Source: Tubiluchus corallicola (Eukaryota; Animalia; Priapulida). From it: 64,000 nucleotides of DNA. The DNA lies in NCBI GenBank assembly GCA_030141605.1, contig JAQGDQ010000330.1, positions 1-64,000 on the forward strand, read 5' to 3'. Below the pieces are notes generated by a model that worked only from the letters and a program-made list of their open reading frames with translations, ran no database searches and was not told the origin of the DNA. Below, piece by piece: positions 13,001 through 26,000 of this stretch (position 1 is the first letter of the stretch; each line of letters opens with the position of its first letter). Both the position numbers and the translations under genes were made by a program.

Positions 13001-14772
13001 AGTTTAATTTGTGCAAGAAAAAATAAAATTTTCCGCTTCAGTTTTTTAGACATTTGAGAGTTTAAATTATTATCTAGCTTTAGTTACTGTTTCCTTTAAC
13101 TAGTCATCTCCCATTTATTACCTCTGAATCGCACTACCACTCTGGCATCGATTACTGTACCTTGGGACCAAAAACTGATGCAAAAGCCGCGACGCAGAAG
13201 CAAGAGATGATCACTACTTTTTGTGATTTTTGCAGCTTTCACGTTTGCGTAACTCAGTTTTGGACACAAAAGGGCGTAGCGAACAAGTTCCTCTCTGATG
13301 CTCGTGAATGTGTGACTGAGATATGGAAAGATCTTGAAAAGAAGCCTACTGGCATGGTGAGTGTTACAGAAATGAGATCATAGTCAAATTTTTAATAAGT
13401 CTTTTCATAGCTTCGTTGTGGCTACGCGCAGTTGCTGTAGGGCAAAAGTTAAGTATACCACAGCAATGCGTCACATGACATGTGGGTAAAGCAAAGCCAT
13501 TTGCCACGTTAGTTGTTTTACGTGGACTTTACTTAATTATGTATTAGCATGTGCATAGAATGATTTACTAGCAGGATCTTATTTGGGAACAAGAAAAACG
13601 AACTAGGCAAGGCTTTAGCTAGTTGTTATACTGCTACTATTACAATAGCATGGGCTGCGAGGCGTTGGCAAGTGCACACAAATGCGTTGCCTGGTACACT
13701 TAACCTTTGACCTTTTCACGATCACCATCAATCGCTGGAACAGTGAAAAAGCTTATTGATCTGACATGTTATAACTTGTACGCTCTTTAATTCAGCTAAT
13801 ACGGATGGATGGACGGATGGTTCATAAAGTCCAAACAGTAAAGACTGGGTGGCTATTTTGTTTGCGAGTGCTGATTTTGTGGGATGTCTGCAGTCTGCGT
13901 TTTCCCGAAAATCATAATAATTCAAAAAGCAGTTCAGCAGGTATTTGAAAAGAGAAATAAAGTGTTCCAAAAGATACCTTGAGTAGTATGTAAAATCCTT
14001 CCCAATGTTTGATAACTGTGGTGTAGTTGCAGGTATCCTTTGAGTTGCTTTGACCCACGGGTCACCAAAGACATTTTTTATTACATGATTAGTTTTTCTC
14101 TGCCTGCTGCTTAATTATTATTGGAAACACCATAATTGATGAACATGAGCGACATGATGTCTCATAATAAGCAACTGTGCAGCAGTAAATGCTGTATGAT
14201 GACGTCATATTGCACGTTCACACTGGCGAATTTTCTGTCCCTAGTTTTCTGTCTGGCAACAAACGCGCAAGTGTGAACTGCTTGTTAGTTACTGCAGGAA
14301 AAAAACTGCAAACTCTCCGACAGTTACGGCGAGTTGATTTCCTATCTAGTGTGAACGCCTCGGCGAGTTACTTTCGATACTTCTCGCAGTGAATAGAGAA
14401 GTGTGCGTCAACTCGCTCTTACTGCCGGAGAGTAACTCTCAAGCATACGAGTTTTGTTCTCTAGTCTGAACACGCTTGCAAGTTACTTGGAGGGTTTACT
14501 TGGCAAGAAAGTTTGAACGCGCCGTTATACGTATTGTATGCATCTCATTTTTGTCTATTGTTCCAATTTTTATGCCTATTTTTGGCAATTGACAGGGTGC
14601 TATTTACAACATGTCACAACTACTACCGGACCGGTCTTTAATCAAAGAGATGACAACAGGCTACTTGGAGCTGTGCTATACGACAGCAAATGATCAAATA
14701 TCTGATGAACGCGATCATAGAGATGGCAACACTAGGAGACAAATACGTCATCGTACACGTGGCAGTTCATAG
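3277..14772 (+). CDS. SGPL1: Sphingosine-1-phosphate lyase paralog A (divergent), multi-exon; N-terminal/TM exon(s) not securely located
   Basis: GT-AG exons in continuous frame: 3277-3455 ([16 protein letters not shown]), 3661-3780 (GRVSGTSY), 4490-4606 ([16 protein letters not shown]), 5178-5266 (VTSGGTES), 6517-6553 ([11 protein letters not shown]), 7223-7330, 8277-8339 ([11 protein letters not shown]), 9066-9212 ([20 protein letters not shown] lysine), 10276-10396 (YGYAPKGSS), 11224-11341, 11899-12045 (GWNLN), 13236-13356, 14596-14772 (GAIYN..TAG). Confidence 0.92.
4090..4460. mobile_element. Dispersed repeat family, also at ~27660-28165 and inverted at 1-210
   Basis: Shared blocks ggcaagttttaagat, catgagctgt.gaacgtgtgtagtt and gcccgtctaactagcgaa. 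Confidence 0.7.
4870..4969 (-). mobile_element. tRNA-derived SINE head remnant
   Basis: Minus strand ggtttagtctagtgataacgcgtccgctt..ggtcgtgagttcgatac has box A-like and box B (GTTCGA) motifs at tRNA-like spacing, but no clean cloverleaf. Confidence 0.5.
5408..5560. repeat. (TAT)n(TGT)n(TAC)n compound microsatellite
   Basis: Direct reading. Confidence 0.95.
5931..6285. repeat. (TCTAG)n(TCTAA)n pentanucleotide microsatellite
   Basis: Direct reading. Confidence 0.95.
6705..7052. repeat. (CT)n and (CCAT)n microsatellites
   Basis: Direct reading. Confidence 0.9.
7321..7870. repeat. 18-bp minisatellite (cacacttgtatggtaa[a/g]t) derived from an exon/donor junction
   Basis: Roughly 30 degenerate units starting at the donor after 7330; decayed units continue to ~8150. 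Confidence 0.9.
10450..10762. repeat. Compound pentanucleotide microsatellite
   Basis: TGTAT, TGTGT, TGCGT, GGCGT, CGTAT and TGCAT blocks. Confidence 0.95.
11480..11790. repeat. 61-bp tandem repeat, ~5 units
   Basis: agactag recurs at 11542, 11603, 11664 and 11725. Confidence 0.9.
12520..12991. mobile_element. Tc1/mariner (pogo/Tigger-like) MITE, degenerate
   Basis: Imperfect TIRs: cagtaagtcctcgcttaacga ... tcattaagctagatttactg. Confidence 0.55.
13395..13755. mobile_element. MITE with AGCCTTTTCACAG-type TIRs; copies at 24791-25177 (inverted) and 52813-53186
   Basis: The 52.8-kb copy has perfect TIRs (agccttttcacagt..actgtgaaaaggct) flanked by TA. Internal sequence is shared among the three copies. 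Confidence 0.75.
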
Positions 14773-17561
14773 TTGTAGTTTCTGTGTGTTGTATACATGG
14801 CAACGCTGGAAAGAACTCTTCAGTGATGCCATCATGTCAAAAAATACAAATTTCAATTTCTTAAAGTGAACTACTCTCCTTTACGATTAGGCTTATATGC
14901 TTAATAGTTTAAAGGCAGTGCTCATGATAAAAAAACTTGTCGCTTGGTCCGTAGTTACTAGATTAGGTTGGCAGATTTAAATGCAGTGGATGCGCAAAGA
15001 GAGATTAATGTTTTTAACCTGCATATTGACCAGTGCTTCGAAAGTATGTCGCTCAAGGGTTGTTTTTGTCTAACAATCGAATGCAGTATTGCACAACATG
15101 GTGTTCATTGTTTGTCTCACTGAAAGTGCAAAATTTTGTGAAAATTGATGACGATGAATCTTTTGTTTTAGAATTCATATTTTGTAAAGGGACCTCTATC
15201 TGCAGGCAAAGTATCGGCCGGGAATGAGCGTAACATTTCATATATTTTCACTTATAGATGTATAAACGCTTAGTGACTGTGTCATAGACTAGACCCAGAA
15301 AAGGTACAGAAAGCCGTCTAAAATGCAGATATTAACATTGTATGCGGTTATGAAGCCAGATATCAAGAAAAATAAAAATGTAAGAACAAACCCCTCACTC
15401 TGGGCACGTTGTAACACAGCCTGAAGCAAGTTGAAACGGTGGTAGTTATATACAGTTATCTGGCAATTTTTTTCAATGAACCTAGATCTAGCACGTTTAA
15501 TTGTAGAAACAGGCCAATACAGAAATATAACATGGCAGTCATTCCAGAACAGTCAAATTTCATTGTACTGAAAAAATACTGTTCAAACTTTTAACACCAA
15601 AATTGCTGAACTAATATGAAGCAATAAATTCTAAATCTGATAAACAAAATAATGTTAATCAAAATTTAATGGCAGCTGTTGATAAATGATGGATAGGTAA
15701 TTGGAATCGTTAGACTGGCAATTGTGGCATGTATAATATTTAGTTAGATGGTTATGTTAAAAAATTACTACAGCTAGCCCCAAGAGGACTTTTGTACTGA
15801 TAAAACATAAGTTAAAAAATATTTCAGTGTTTTAAAAAATTGTTATAGCATAGCATAGTTGTTTGTCAGTACTTTCTTATTTACTACTTAACACAATTTG
15901 AAAATAGCATACATTAGTAGATCGGATATTCCAAAAAAGCAAGAAATTTACTTTCAACTGTTGAAACTCTTTCACGCTCAGTTCTCCGTTGTACTAAACT
16001 CGTCATTGCTGACATGTATGTAGTACAAAGGTTACCCAAAATTAATTGTTACCTACTCTTCCCATGAACCATTGAACGACGATAACGGATACATAAAGGC
16101 TGTTTCAACGTACCCATCTCCCCGACATTGCATACTGAAATATAATTCATCTTATGTGCTCTCATTCTTATATAGAATACGATTTTAAAGATATTAAATT
16201 TGGCAAACTATCAATCTCTTTTGCTACAATATGGACTTAGACTACAGTAACTATTACATTATTGGGTTATACACTGTACTTAACGTAAGATTTAGACTGG
16301 AAGTGCAAACCATATCTCAGATGCATACATACACACATACATACGTACATACACAGACACACATGTCTTTAAATTTGTTTAAGCTGGGTTTGATTTTACC
16401 TAAAATGATTTTAGATTTTGTTTTAGCATTGGTTCAGGCCTCTATTGTGTTAAATTTATTAATATATAGAACTGGTATTCAATTTTTGGGTAAATAATAA
16501 TAAACAATATTTTATACTGCATTTTGAAATTTTCATTCTCATTTTCATAACCTATTCTATTCTGTATCTTATGAATCTATTCTAAAAGATGGTTTCGCGA
16601 ATCGGTTAAATATTCGTGAGGAACGCAGGGAACAACAACTTTCTTCTTCTTTTCTTGGTGCGGATCTATTTGGCGGGAGGCGGAAGCGTAGGGGACTACT
16701 TTTAGCAGACGGAAAGAAAAACCGCTTATGTGTTAAATTTTGTAGTTTAGTAAATTGTATATTTATAAGTTTTAATAAAAGCGCTTTGAGTTTTTAGTAA
16801 TCCTTGTGTCAGAATCGCTTGTCTCGCCTGCCTGCGTTTATTATAAATTGCAGGTCATCTTGTCTGAAGCAGGCTCTTAATCGGATATTAGAGGGGGAAC
16901 GCCCATTTCTCCCTCGCAAAGGTAATTTTTTGTCAAATTAATTATCATGTATGAACGATAGAGGTGTTACTCGTAAAAGATAGACGGCATTTTCTAGTCT
17001 AGTCTATCCTATCCTACACTATACGATATGAAAACAGTAACTTGGTTCAGTTTTGTGCGTATTTGTTAATTTTTGTTAATAAAACGAACATGTATTGCAA
17101 TAGTTAAAATGTGTAAACGTAAGCCACTGTGAGATATAATTAAACGAGTTTCGCCAAACTTACAATGAAAGCAAGCCTAAATTTAAGCTACGATACCATT
17201 TTGATCCATTATATGGTTGAAATGTTAATAAAGTATTCAAATATGCAAATTGGTTCACTAAATACGCAAAACTAAAATTAGTGTATCTAGTACAGAATAT
17301 TATGGAAACAAGAACATCTAAAAGCACAAGAACTAAATTCTTTCTATTAGAATTCGCACCATCAGCAGTAAATTTCAGTAAATCTCCAATATTGATTCTC
17401 TACTTCACTGTACAACCGTGTTAATCTCCTTGTTATTTCCATAAGTTATTGTAGTATGTAAAATCACATAAATTCATTGTATGTATTATGCTATAATGAC
17501 AATAAATTACTTACTTGCAAAAGTGTGACACCCTATTATATCAAATAAGTTACAGTAGGCC

Positions 17562-18125
17562 CAGGGACGTAGCCAGGTTCTAAAGTTAGGGGGAGCAAGC
17601 ACATAAAAAAGGCGCCGTGACTCGTACCAAACAATTTGTAATGCATTGATTATACATTTTAATTTTGTGTTTAAAATCAAAGCGCGAATAAGATTCGGTT
17701 TTAAAGAAAGTACATCATTGTTATTTTGTATTTAAAATTAAAACACAATAAAAAATTTTACTGTAAACTCATAAATCCCAAAACATGAAAACATGTATCA
17801 TTTATTCATTCTAAAATGGAAACAAAATAAAGAAATTTGAAAAATGTATCATGAAGGCGGTACAAGACTCTCTATCGTCTAGGCTTCATTCTAGCAAAGT
17901 AATCTAAAACTTTATAATAATCCATCTATAGCCTATATAACACTAGAGACAGGTAGGTTAAATTTAATAAGAATGACTGCAGAAAATTCTTCAAAGGCTA
18001 TGCGATAAAAAAAGATTCAACTTTTATCGCACAAGTGAAATAGAGTTAAAAAATTTGTTGGAAAGACGCCAATTTTGAAAAATGTGGTCTGAGGAGCAGT
18101 TGCTTTCCTAATAGCTATGTCACTG
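17562..18125. mobile_element. Possible hAT-like non-autonomous element
   Basis: Imperfect TIRs cagggacgtagc..gctatgtcactg; gtaggcc on both flanks, but the duplication is not exact. Confidence 0.4.
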
Positions 18126-18599
18126 ACTGTAGGCCTAAACCTCCTACTAGATCAAGTTCTGCTGTTATGATAATGAAATTAGGATACCATCAATATGATA
18201 AGCCATAAACTTTGTCTCCAATTGTTTACTAGGTGGCGCTTGAAAACCCTAAAATGATTTTTGACCCCTATAGTTGCATCGTTATCCAGAATATCTGAAA
18301 GTGAATCTGTACCATATTTGCAAAATGCAGAATGCAAAAGAGGCTGGAAGGACAATGCTCTTTATAAAGTTAGTTCATTATTATTGTTGTTGTCATTGTT
18401 GTTGCTGTTGTTATTACTATTATTATTATTATTGTTATTATTATTATTATAATTATTAACAAATCTGATTGATGTCAAGATATGTAAGATTTATATCATA
18501 GAAGACCAGCTCTTTAACAACTTCTGAATAAAAACTTAGTGTGCTTTTAAAACGTAGTAAAATCTGGCTAAGTAAAAGCCAGTATTTTTGTCAGTATAT

Positions 18600-19449
18600 A
18601 GTGCCACTATTAGACTAGTTAGTGTGTGGAGAAAAATAGTCTCTCAGACTAATTTTAAAGTATAGTTTTGGGGCTTTTCCTCTGTTTTTCAAAAATAGTC
18701 TGTGTTGGGCTGCGTTGTGATGCGCAAATCTTAAACATGTGAAACCGGATAGCGAAACTTCAGAATTGACAGAGGTTAGCAATGGGTGGTTTTTGTAGAC
18801 AAGTTTTCCTGGCGTAATGAGGAGCTTTCATCAGCACTTTGAGGGTTGAATGTCTCTTTGAGGTTTTTCCTTCACATGCGACGGATCGAATCTGCCGATC
18901 TGTTCATCATTTCTAAAATCAGACTTACGGAAAATAAAATGTAACATGAAGAAACTGGAACTCATACGAGACAATCACCGGCAAGATAGAGTCTGCTAGG
19001 GTGACAGTTGGTTGGGAGAAACAAGCAGCCTAGAAACAACTTTATCTTAAACCTGGCAGCTGACTCTGTAAATGCAGTAAATGCTTAGTGGAAAAGCAAT
19101 ATTATATGCACTGGCCTGGCGCTGGATGTGGAGAGGAAATGGAATAGAACTCAACTGTACCTGGTGTTACAGAAAATCACAGCAAAATGCCGAGAAGAGT
19201 TCAATAGCAAGCTGGTTGATGAAGAAACTTCTAGCTCCAAGATTGAGTCCGCTAAAAAACTTTCTTATTGAAAAGCAAAAGATTGTTCCTGACATCATGT
19301 GAATTTCATTGAACATAAACGTCATATTGGAATGAAGAAAATTCTATGAAATTAGTCTGTGTGGAAAATTAGTCTAACACAGACTAATTTTGATATTGCA
19401 CATTGAACAGTTGGTTTCAGAATTAGTCTCATTTAGACTAATGGCACTA
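18600..19449. mobile_element. Possible non-autonomous DNA transposon
   Basis: Inverted ends tagtgcca..tggcacta with repeated subterminal tagtct/agactaa motifs at both ends. Confidence 0.45.
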
Positions 19450-20003
19450 AACAGTGTAGCTTCGTATGCTTTCATCAGTAACAAACAGGGCTAGCCGAAG
19501 TTAAGTGAATGTGCATTTGTTGGCAAGTTGTCTTGCCATAAAAGTAATTTGAACAAAATTCAGGTTTGTAAACAAAATAGGCAAAAATGGTAATAAATTT
19601 TGCCAAATCTATTACTAATGATCAAAAGTAAGTAAAACACAAAATACACATTGAGTTTATTACATCATATGCGAAAATGCAATTTTATTTTTACATTATT
19701 TCTTTACTACATTAAAACAACAAGTGATGATCAAAATCAAAACAGATGCCTGTAATAAAATGGAGAAATAGATAATTTAGGAATTAACAGCAACTGTACA
19801 AGTGTTTACAGTTTAAAAGTGCTGGAATTAATAAAACTGTGCAAGTGTTTCATGTAAAATACACTGCCTGAGCATTCATCACAGCAAAAAAACTGGTTCA
19901 TGGTTTTCATTGTTGACAAGATTGGATGGCATCACCATGTCTCAGTGTTGCCACGTGTGACGTCACAGTTACATGGGTTGCTACGTGTGATCCCGCAAAG
20001 GGA

Positions 20004-23000
20004 TCACTGGTTGAGAGTGTTGCCATCAGCAACTGTCTCGTCCTTTGTTGAGTAACACAGCTCCAGGAAACCAGCAGCCATCTCATGGACTAGCGATCGG
20101 TCCGGAATTTGCTGTGACATGCCGTAGATGGCACCCTGTTAAGAAAATCAAAATAAAAAAGTAAAAATGCAATTAAAAACTTCATTTTGCACAAAATAAG
20201 GAAACAGAATAGCAGAATAGCAAAGTGCTATTTCATGCAAAAATTTCAATACAGAGGCAGTAACACAATAATAGGACTAACTCTTTCCAGATTTGGAAGT
20301 CAGTCAAAGTCAGACCAGCCATTTAATTCATCAATTAATTCACCAAAACAATGATAATCGTAATATCAACATAATGATAGACAAGCCAATTAAGAAAGCA
20401 ATCCACCTATTACCAATAACAAATCAACTGAACAATCAAACATATAACTCACCAGTCAGTCAACCCAACCAACCAACAAGCCAACCATCTGAGCAGATAA
20501 CCAACTAAACACACTGAACACACACTCAGCTAGTCAGCTAACCAACAACTATCCAAATCACAACACACTCTACCAACTCATTAGCTCTATTATGCATTTT
20601 CGAGCACCAGAGAGTCATCTCTTAAATGCACATGGAATTCCACACTATATAGAAGCTTAAAGGTCACACGTAACATAAAAATAAGTTTTCTTTAATAAAG
20701 CCAGCCGTAACTTAAAATGTGACATAATTATATTTAATTTCATGGCTTCTTTCCTAATGAAATCGGGCCTTGAAGTTGCATTTTCCCCCAAAACATTTTG
20801 TTTGGTATCGCTCACCTGTGAAACTTCAGAAAATCGCAGGTTAAACAATTTCCTAGCAACGGCTTCCTTGGATACCGCATTGTTTCTGTGATGCTGAACT
20901 TGTAAACAATGCTACACAGTGAAATGTAACACGTGGTAACCAAACTCAAATGTTGGCGTAGGAAAGTAGTAAAGAGCTCCTGGTGTCATTTAAAGAGCAA
21001 AGGGAGCGAAATGAAGTTCCAGACTTTTTTTGCAAATGATACATTCACACCAGATTTCTTCTTATATAAACCACCAAGAAAAATTTAAAAGCATCAGAAA
21101 ATTTTAGTTGGGTATTTTCATTCTGTTTTTGTGTAAAACTGAAACTTCATTAAGTATGTCGTATTTGACCTTTAATTATCTCTGTCGTGCACTTTCCAGC
21201 ATCAGCGAGTCATCTCTCAAAATGTACACGAATAACTTACCACACCAGAAGCTTCCTTTTTAGGATCTTTCATTATCTCTGTTACACTTTCGAGCATCAG
21301 CAAGTCATTTCTCGAAATCTACATGAATAACTCACCACACCAGAATAGGACCTATCATTATCTCTGTTATACTTTCGAGCATTGGCGAGTCATTTCTTAA
21401 AATGTACATGAATAATTCACCACACCAGAATAGGATCTTTCATTATCTCTGTTATACTTTCGAGCATTGGCGAGTCATTTCTAAAAAAAGTACATGAATA
21501 ACTCACCACACCAAAATAGGATCTATCATTATCTCTGTTATACTTTCGAGCATTGGCGAGTCATTTCTTAAAATGTACATGAATAACTCACCACACCAGA
21601 ATAGGACCTTTCATTATCTCTGTTATACTTTCGAGCATTGGTGAGTCATTTCTTAAAATGTACATGAATAACTCACCACACCAGAATAGGACCTTTCATT
21701 ATCTCTGCTATACTTTTGAGCATTGGCGAGTCATTTCTTAAAATGTACATGAATAACTCACCACACCAGAATAGGACCTTTCATTATCTCTGTTATACTT
21801 TCGAGCATTGGTGAGTCATTTCTTAAAATGTACATGAATAACTCACCACACCAGAAGCTTCCTTTTTAGGATCTTTCATTATCTCTGCTACACATTCTCG
21901 AGCATCAGCGATAAATTTGTCTGCCACTCCCTGTTGTGTCCAAAGCTGCGTCACACAAATGTGAAAGCTGTGAAAAAAGACAAACACATTGATTTTCACA
22001 TTTTTTCACAGCGTTAAGTCACATTAACTTTGTTTACTGTCATTTTACAACCATCGAACGATGAATGACAGAATTTATACCGTTGCGGAAGTTACAACTT
22101 TCTTACTGTGAGTGAGTGTTTGGTTTTTTAATCTGAGACTTGAATTGGACAAAAAACTGCAGATGTCGTGAGTGTACATTTTTAGATAAGTCAACAAAAT
22201 TCAGCAGAAACAAGTGCAATAAATTAGCCAAGGCTTTAAAGAAAACGTTTTACCTGCACAAAGCTTAAAAAATTCATCTTGAAATTCGTATCACTTACAT
22301 AATATCTTACCGCATACAGAGCTTGTATTAGCAATAATACTGCATAAAACTAGTAATTTAAACTCCCGCGATGATTGTTAGGTGCAGCCATTTTAACAGT
22401 AGATCATTTGAAACAAGTTTAGATAACATTGTGTAGAACTTGAAACAAGTAATCAGAGTATTTGTAGTGCACACTTCACTAACTAAGCAAAAGTATAAAT
22501 GACTTTTTCTTGTGATTCTTGTCAGCAAGATTAAAATACATTTTTTGGTGAGTCAGTGGTGCACGCGGAGGTGAATCAGTGACATTTTTCCATTTGGTAT
22601 AAATATTTTAAATTACTAAGAATTTTCTTTTCTAGTTACATAAGTCTTTCAATCAGGCAAGTGTAATGCAAAGTAAAATAGCTTTGTGTGTAGTTTTTTT
22701 CCTTTAAAATTTTTCTTCCGTTTTTAATATTTTTCAAGGACTACGGGCCACTGCAAGCACATGTTAAAAGAATATTAGTTAGCTATACTTACCCAGTTGG
22801 GTACTGTAAAATGTTAAGGTTCCAACCTCTCTCTGACAGAGCATCGCTAAGTCGATAGATATTGAAAACATCTGATCCCACTGCTATTACGGTCACTTCC
22901 GGCTTGCCACGAATCACTAAACCATCTATAGCTCTCAGACTAAAATTGAAAAACAAATTACCGCTGCTGTAGTTTCTATTCTGAATTTAAGTAACTTGTG

Positions 23001-26000
23001 GCACTTTTAGTTATCACTTGTAGCATTTCAAGGAAGATTTAGATTTTAGAGCTAGAAAGAATTTTAGAAAGAAAATTCAGAAAGAGTTTTTAACTAACTA
23101 GTATCGGTTGTAATGTTTCAAGAAAGAACTGCTTTATCCACAGTTCAAAATGTCGAACAGTAATTATTTCTGAACTATGACTGCATGAGCAAGTACTGGT
23201 GGATTTACTTAATAAAATAAAAGGCACTTGCTTTTGGTTCGATATTTTATGCTAATTTATTTGGTGTTAAATTTTGGTTTTAAAATTAATCATTAGTGGT
23301 AATCGCTAATCAGTTTCTATTATATACTGTCGAACCTTGTTGATTTAAACAGTTCATTCGACTGGAATTAGACAGTTTTTAAAACTGATATCCTCACCAT
23401 GCAAATATATGTACAAGCAGAAATGCAGAAAAAATAAAGTAATAGAAATAGAAATAAAATCAAATAGATATACATACATACAAATACTTATAAATAAAGA
23501 CATATTAACAAAAAGTTAGCAGATGTGACACATTAATAATATACCAATTAAATAACAATAACTATCTTAAAATTTATCATAAATACATAAAAGGCCCTGA
23601 GGTCCGATCACATTAAAACGTCTAGTACTCCTAATGTAATTTTGAATGCAATAAAATTTCTACAGTTAGCAACAATATTAAAATCACCACTTCCTAAAAG
23701 AAACAATGAGAACAGTTCACTATTACTATATTGTAAAAAATTGATATTTAAATGCCATAATATGTTATTTAATTGACTGAACGTAACATCTCTGGCTTGA
23801 TAATAATGAGGGCATTCTAGGAAGAAATTTTCAAAATAATAACCACAACCACAATTTGGGGAGACAATTAGACCTTCAGAAACTTTGCAGCCTTCAAAAA
23901 CAAATCACCAATTAATTAACTAAAGCTAATATGCATGCGTCATAATATCTCTCTTTATAGCGCCAACCCAGTTTAACACCCAGACTTTTGGCAAAACAAA
24001 ATATCGATGTTTGCACAGATGTATGTATTAACGCTCACCTTTATAATGCCAACCTAGCTTAATGCCCAGATTTTTAGCAAAACAAAATATCGATATTTAC
24101 ACAGATGTATGTATTAACGTGCATCATTATAATGCCAACCTTGCTCAACGCCCAGATTTTTAGCAAAACAAAATATCAATGTTTGCACAGATGTATGTAT
24201 TAATGCACATCGTTATAATGCCAACCTAGCTTAACACCCAGACTTTTGGCAAAACAAAATATCAATGTTTGCACAGATGTATGTATTAACGTGCATCATT
24301 ATAATGCCAACCTTGCTCAACGCCCAGATTTTTAGCAAAACAAAATATCAATGTTTGCACAGATGTATGTATTAACGTGCATCATTATAATGCCAACCTT
24401 GCTCAACGCCCAGATTTTTAGCAAAACAAAATATCAATGTTTGCACAGATGTATGTATTAATGCACATCGTTATAATGCCAACCTAGCTTAACGCCCAGA
24501 TTTTTAGCAAAACAAAATATCGATGTTTGCACAGATGTATGTATTAATGCACATCGTTATAATGCCAACCTAGCTTAATGCCCAGATTTTTAGCAAAAAA
24601 AATATCGATGTTTGCACAGATATATGTATTAATGCACATCGTTATAATGCTAAACTCACTATAACACCAACATTTTCTGCAGTCCCAAAGTGGGTGGTAT
24701 AGCGGCAATTTAAAAAAAAAATGTAAATTAGCAATTTTCAAAGGTTTTCAAACATTTCTGTTTTGTTGGTGCATAGCAATAAGTGCAATAAGCCTTTTCA
24801 CATTTACAGCAACTGATGATGATCGTGAAAAGGTCAAAGCTTAAGTGTACTAGATAACATATTTGTGTACACTTGACAATGCCTCGCAGCCCATGTTACT
24901 GAAATAGTAACAGTTTTAACAGCTAGCTAGAACCTTACCTGGTTCTTTTCTTCTTGTTCCCAAGCAAGATCCTGCTAATAAATCACTCCACACACAGATT
25001 TATGCATAATTAACTAGAGTCCGCATAAAACAACTGAAGTTACTGAACTGATGTGGCATACGGCTTTGTTTTACGCACATGTCACGTGACTGTTGTAGTT
25101 AAGATGCCTTGCTGTGGTGCACCTAACCTTCGACCTGCAGCAGCTGTGCGTGCGCACAACAAAACTGCTAAAAGGCCTATTCAAATTTAAAATTGTTCAG
25201 CAGTCAGCATGAATTACATAGCAATATGATATGGGATACCTCATAAAATTTTCACTATTATTGCTTTTATAATTATAACTGATAAAAACAATAATTCTGC
25301 AAGAAGCAAAGATGATGGCTTTAAGTCTACAGTTTAACTCCTTAAGTTCATTTGTTAAAACTTGCCAAAGCGAGTAGGAAAATGTCTGGAACTCGCAAAA
25401 ATTTCTGAAACCATTCTGGCAATTCTATTTATCAGGCCACTAAAGTGCACCAATTGTGCAACTGCAGCATTCGTTCTTGCTGGATTCAGTTTCGGCACCA
25501 AAAGAAAGATCCCTGAGCTTAACAAAAATTAAGTAATCTAAGATACCACGTTGAGTACATTAATGCACAATTTCTAAAGTTTTCAAGATAGTTTTTAGGT
25601 TTTCAAGATAGTTTCAAGTTTTTCCAGCATGGTCCTTGTAAGTACATAGTATCTGCACTATAAACAACACAAGAAACACTTATGCACGATCACTAACAGT
25701 TGGTAGTCAATTTCTTTACTTTCACCTGTTGTTTTCTACTCACATCTAATGATCTTCTTGAAGGCCAACCTGAACTTACTGTGTGAAGCTGCATATATTA
25801 TCGGATTGGCAGCACTGTTGCAGAAGCCAACCAACAGGAGGAGCTCAAAAACTTTCCCCGGCACGTGCAACTTAGAGAGCTCCCTGATTAGTTGTGCGAT
25901 GGCTGCCGGACCCCAACAAATAAAGAACACGGCAGTGACAACGGTCAAAGTTTTCGTTGCCTTCATCTCAGTAACTTTTATATTGGTTTGCTGGTTTTGA

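Noticed and set aside
3277-14772. Paralog A as an overt pseudogene or an allelic assembly duplicate
   Set aside because: No stops or frameshifts in 13 exons, canonical splice sites, largely unalignable introns and substantial coding divergence from copy B.
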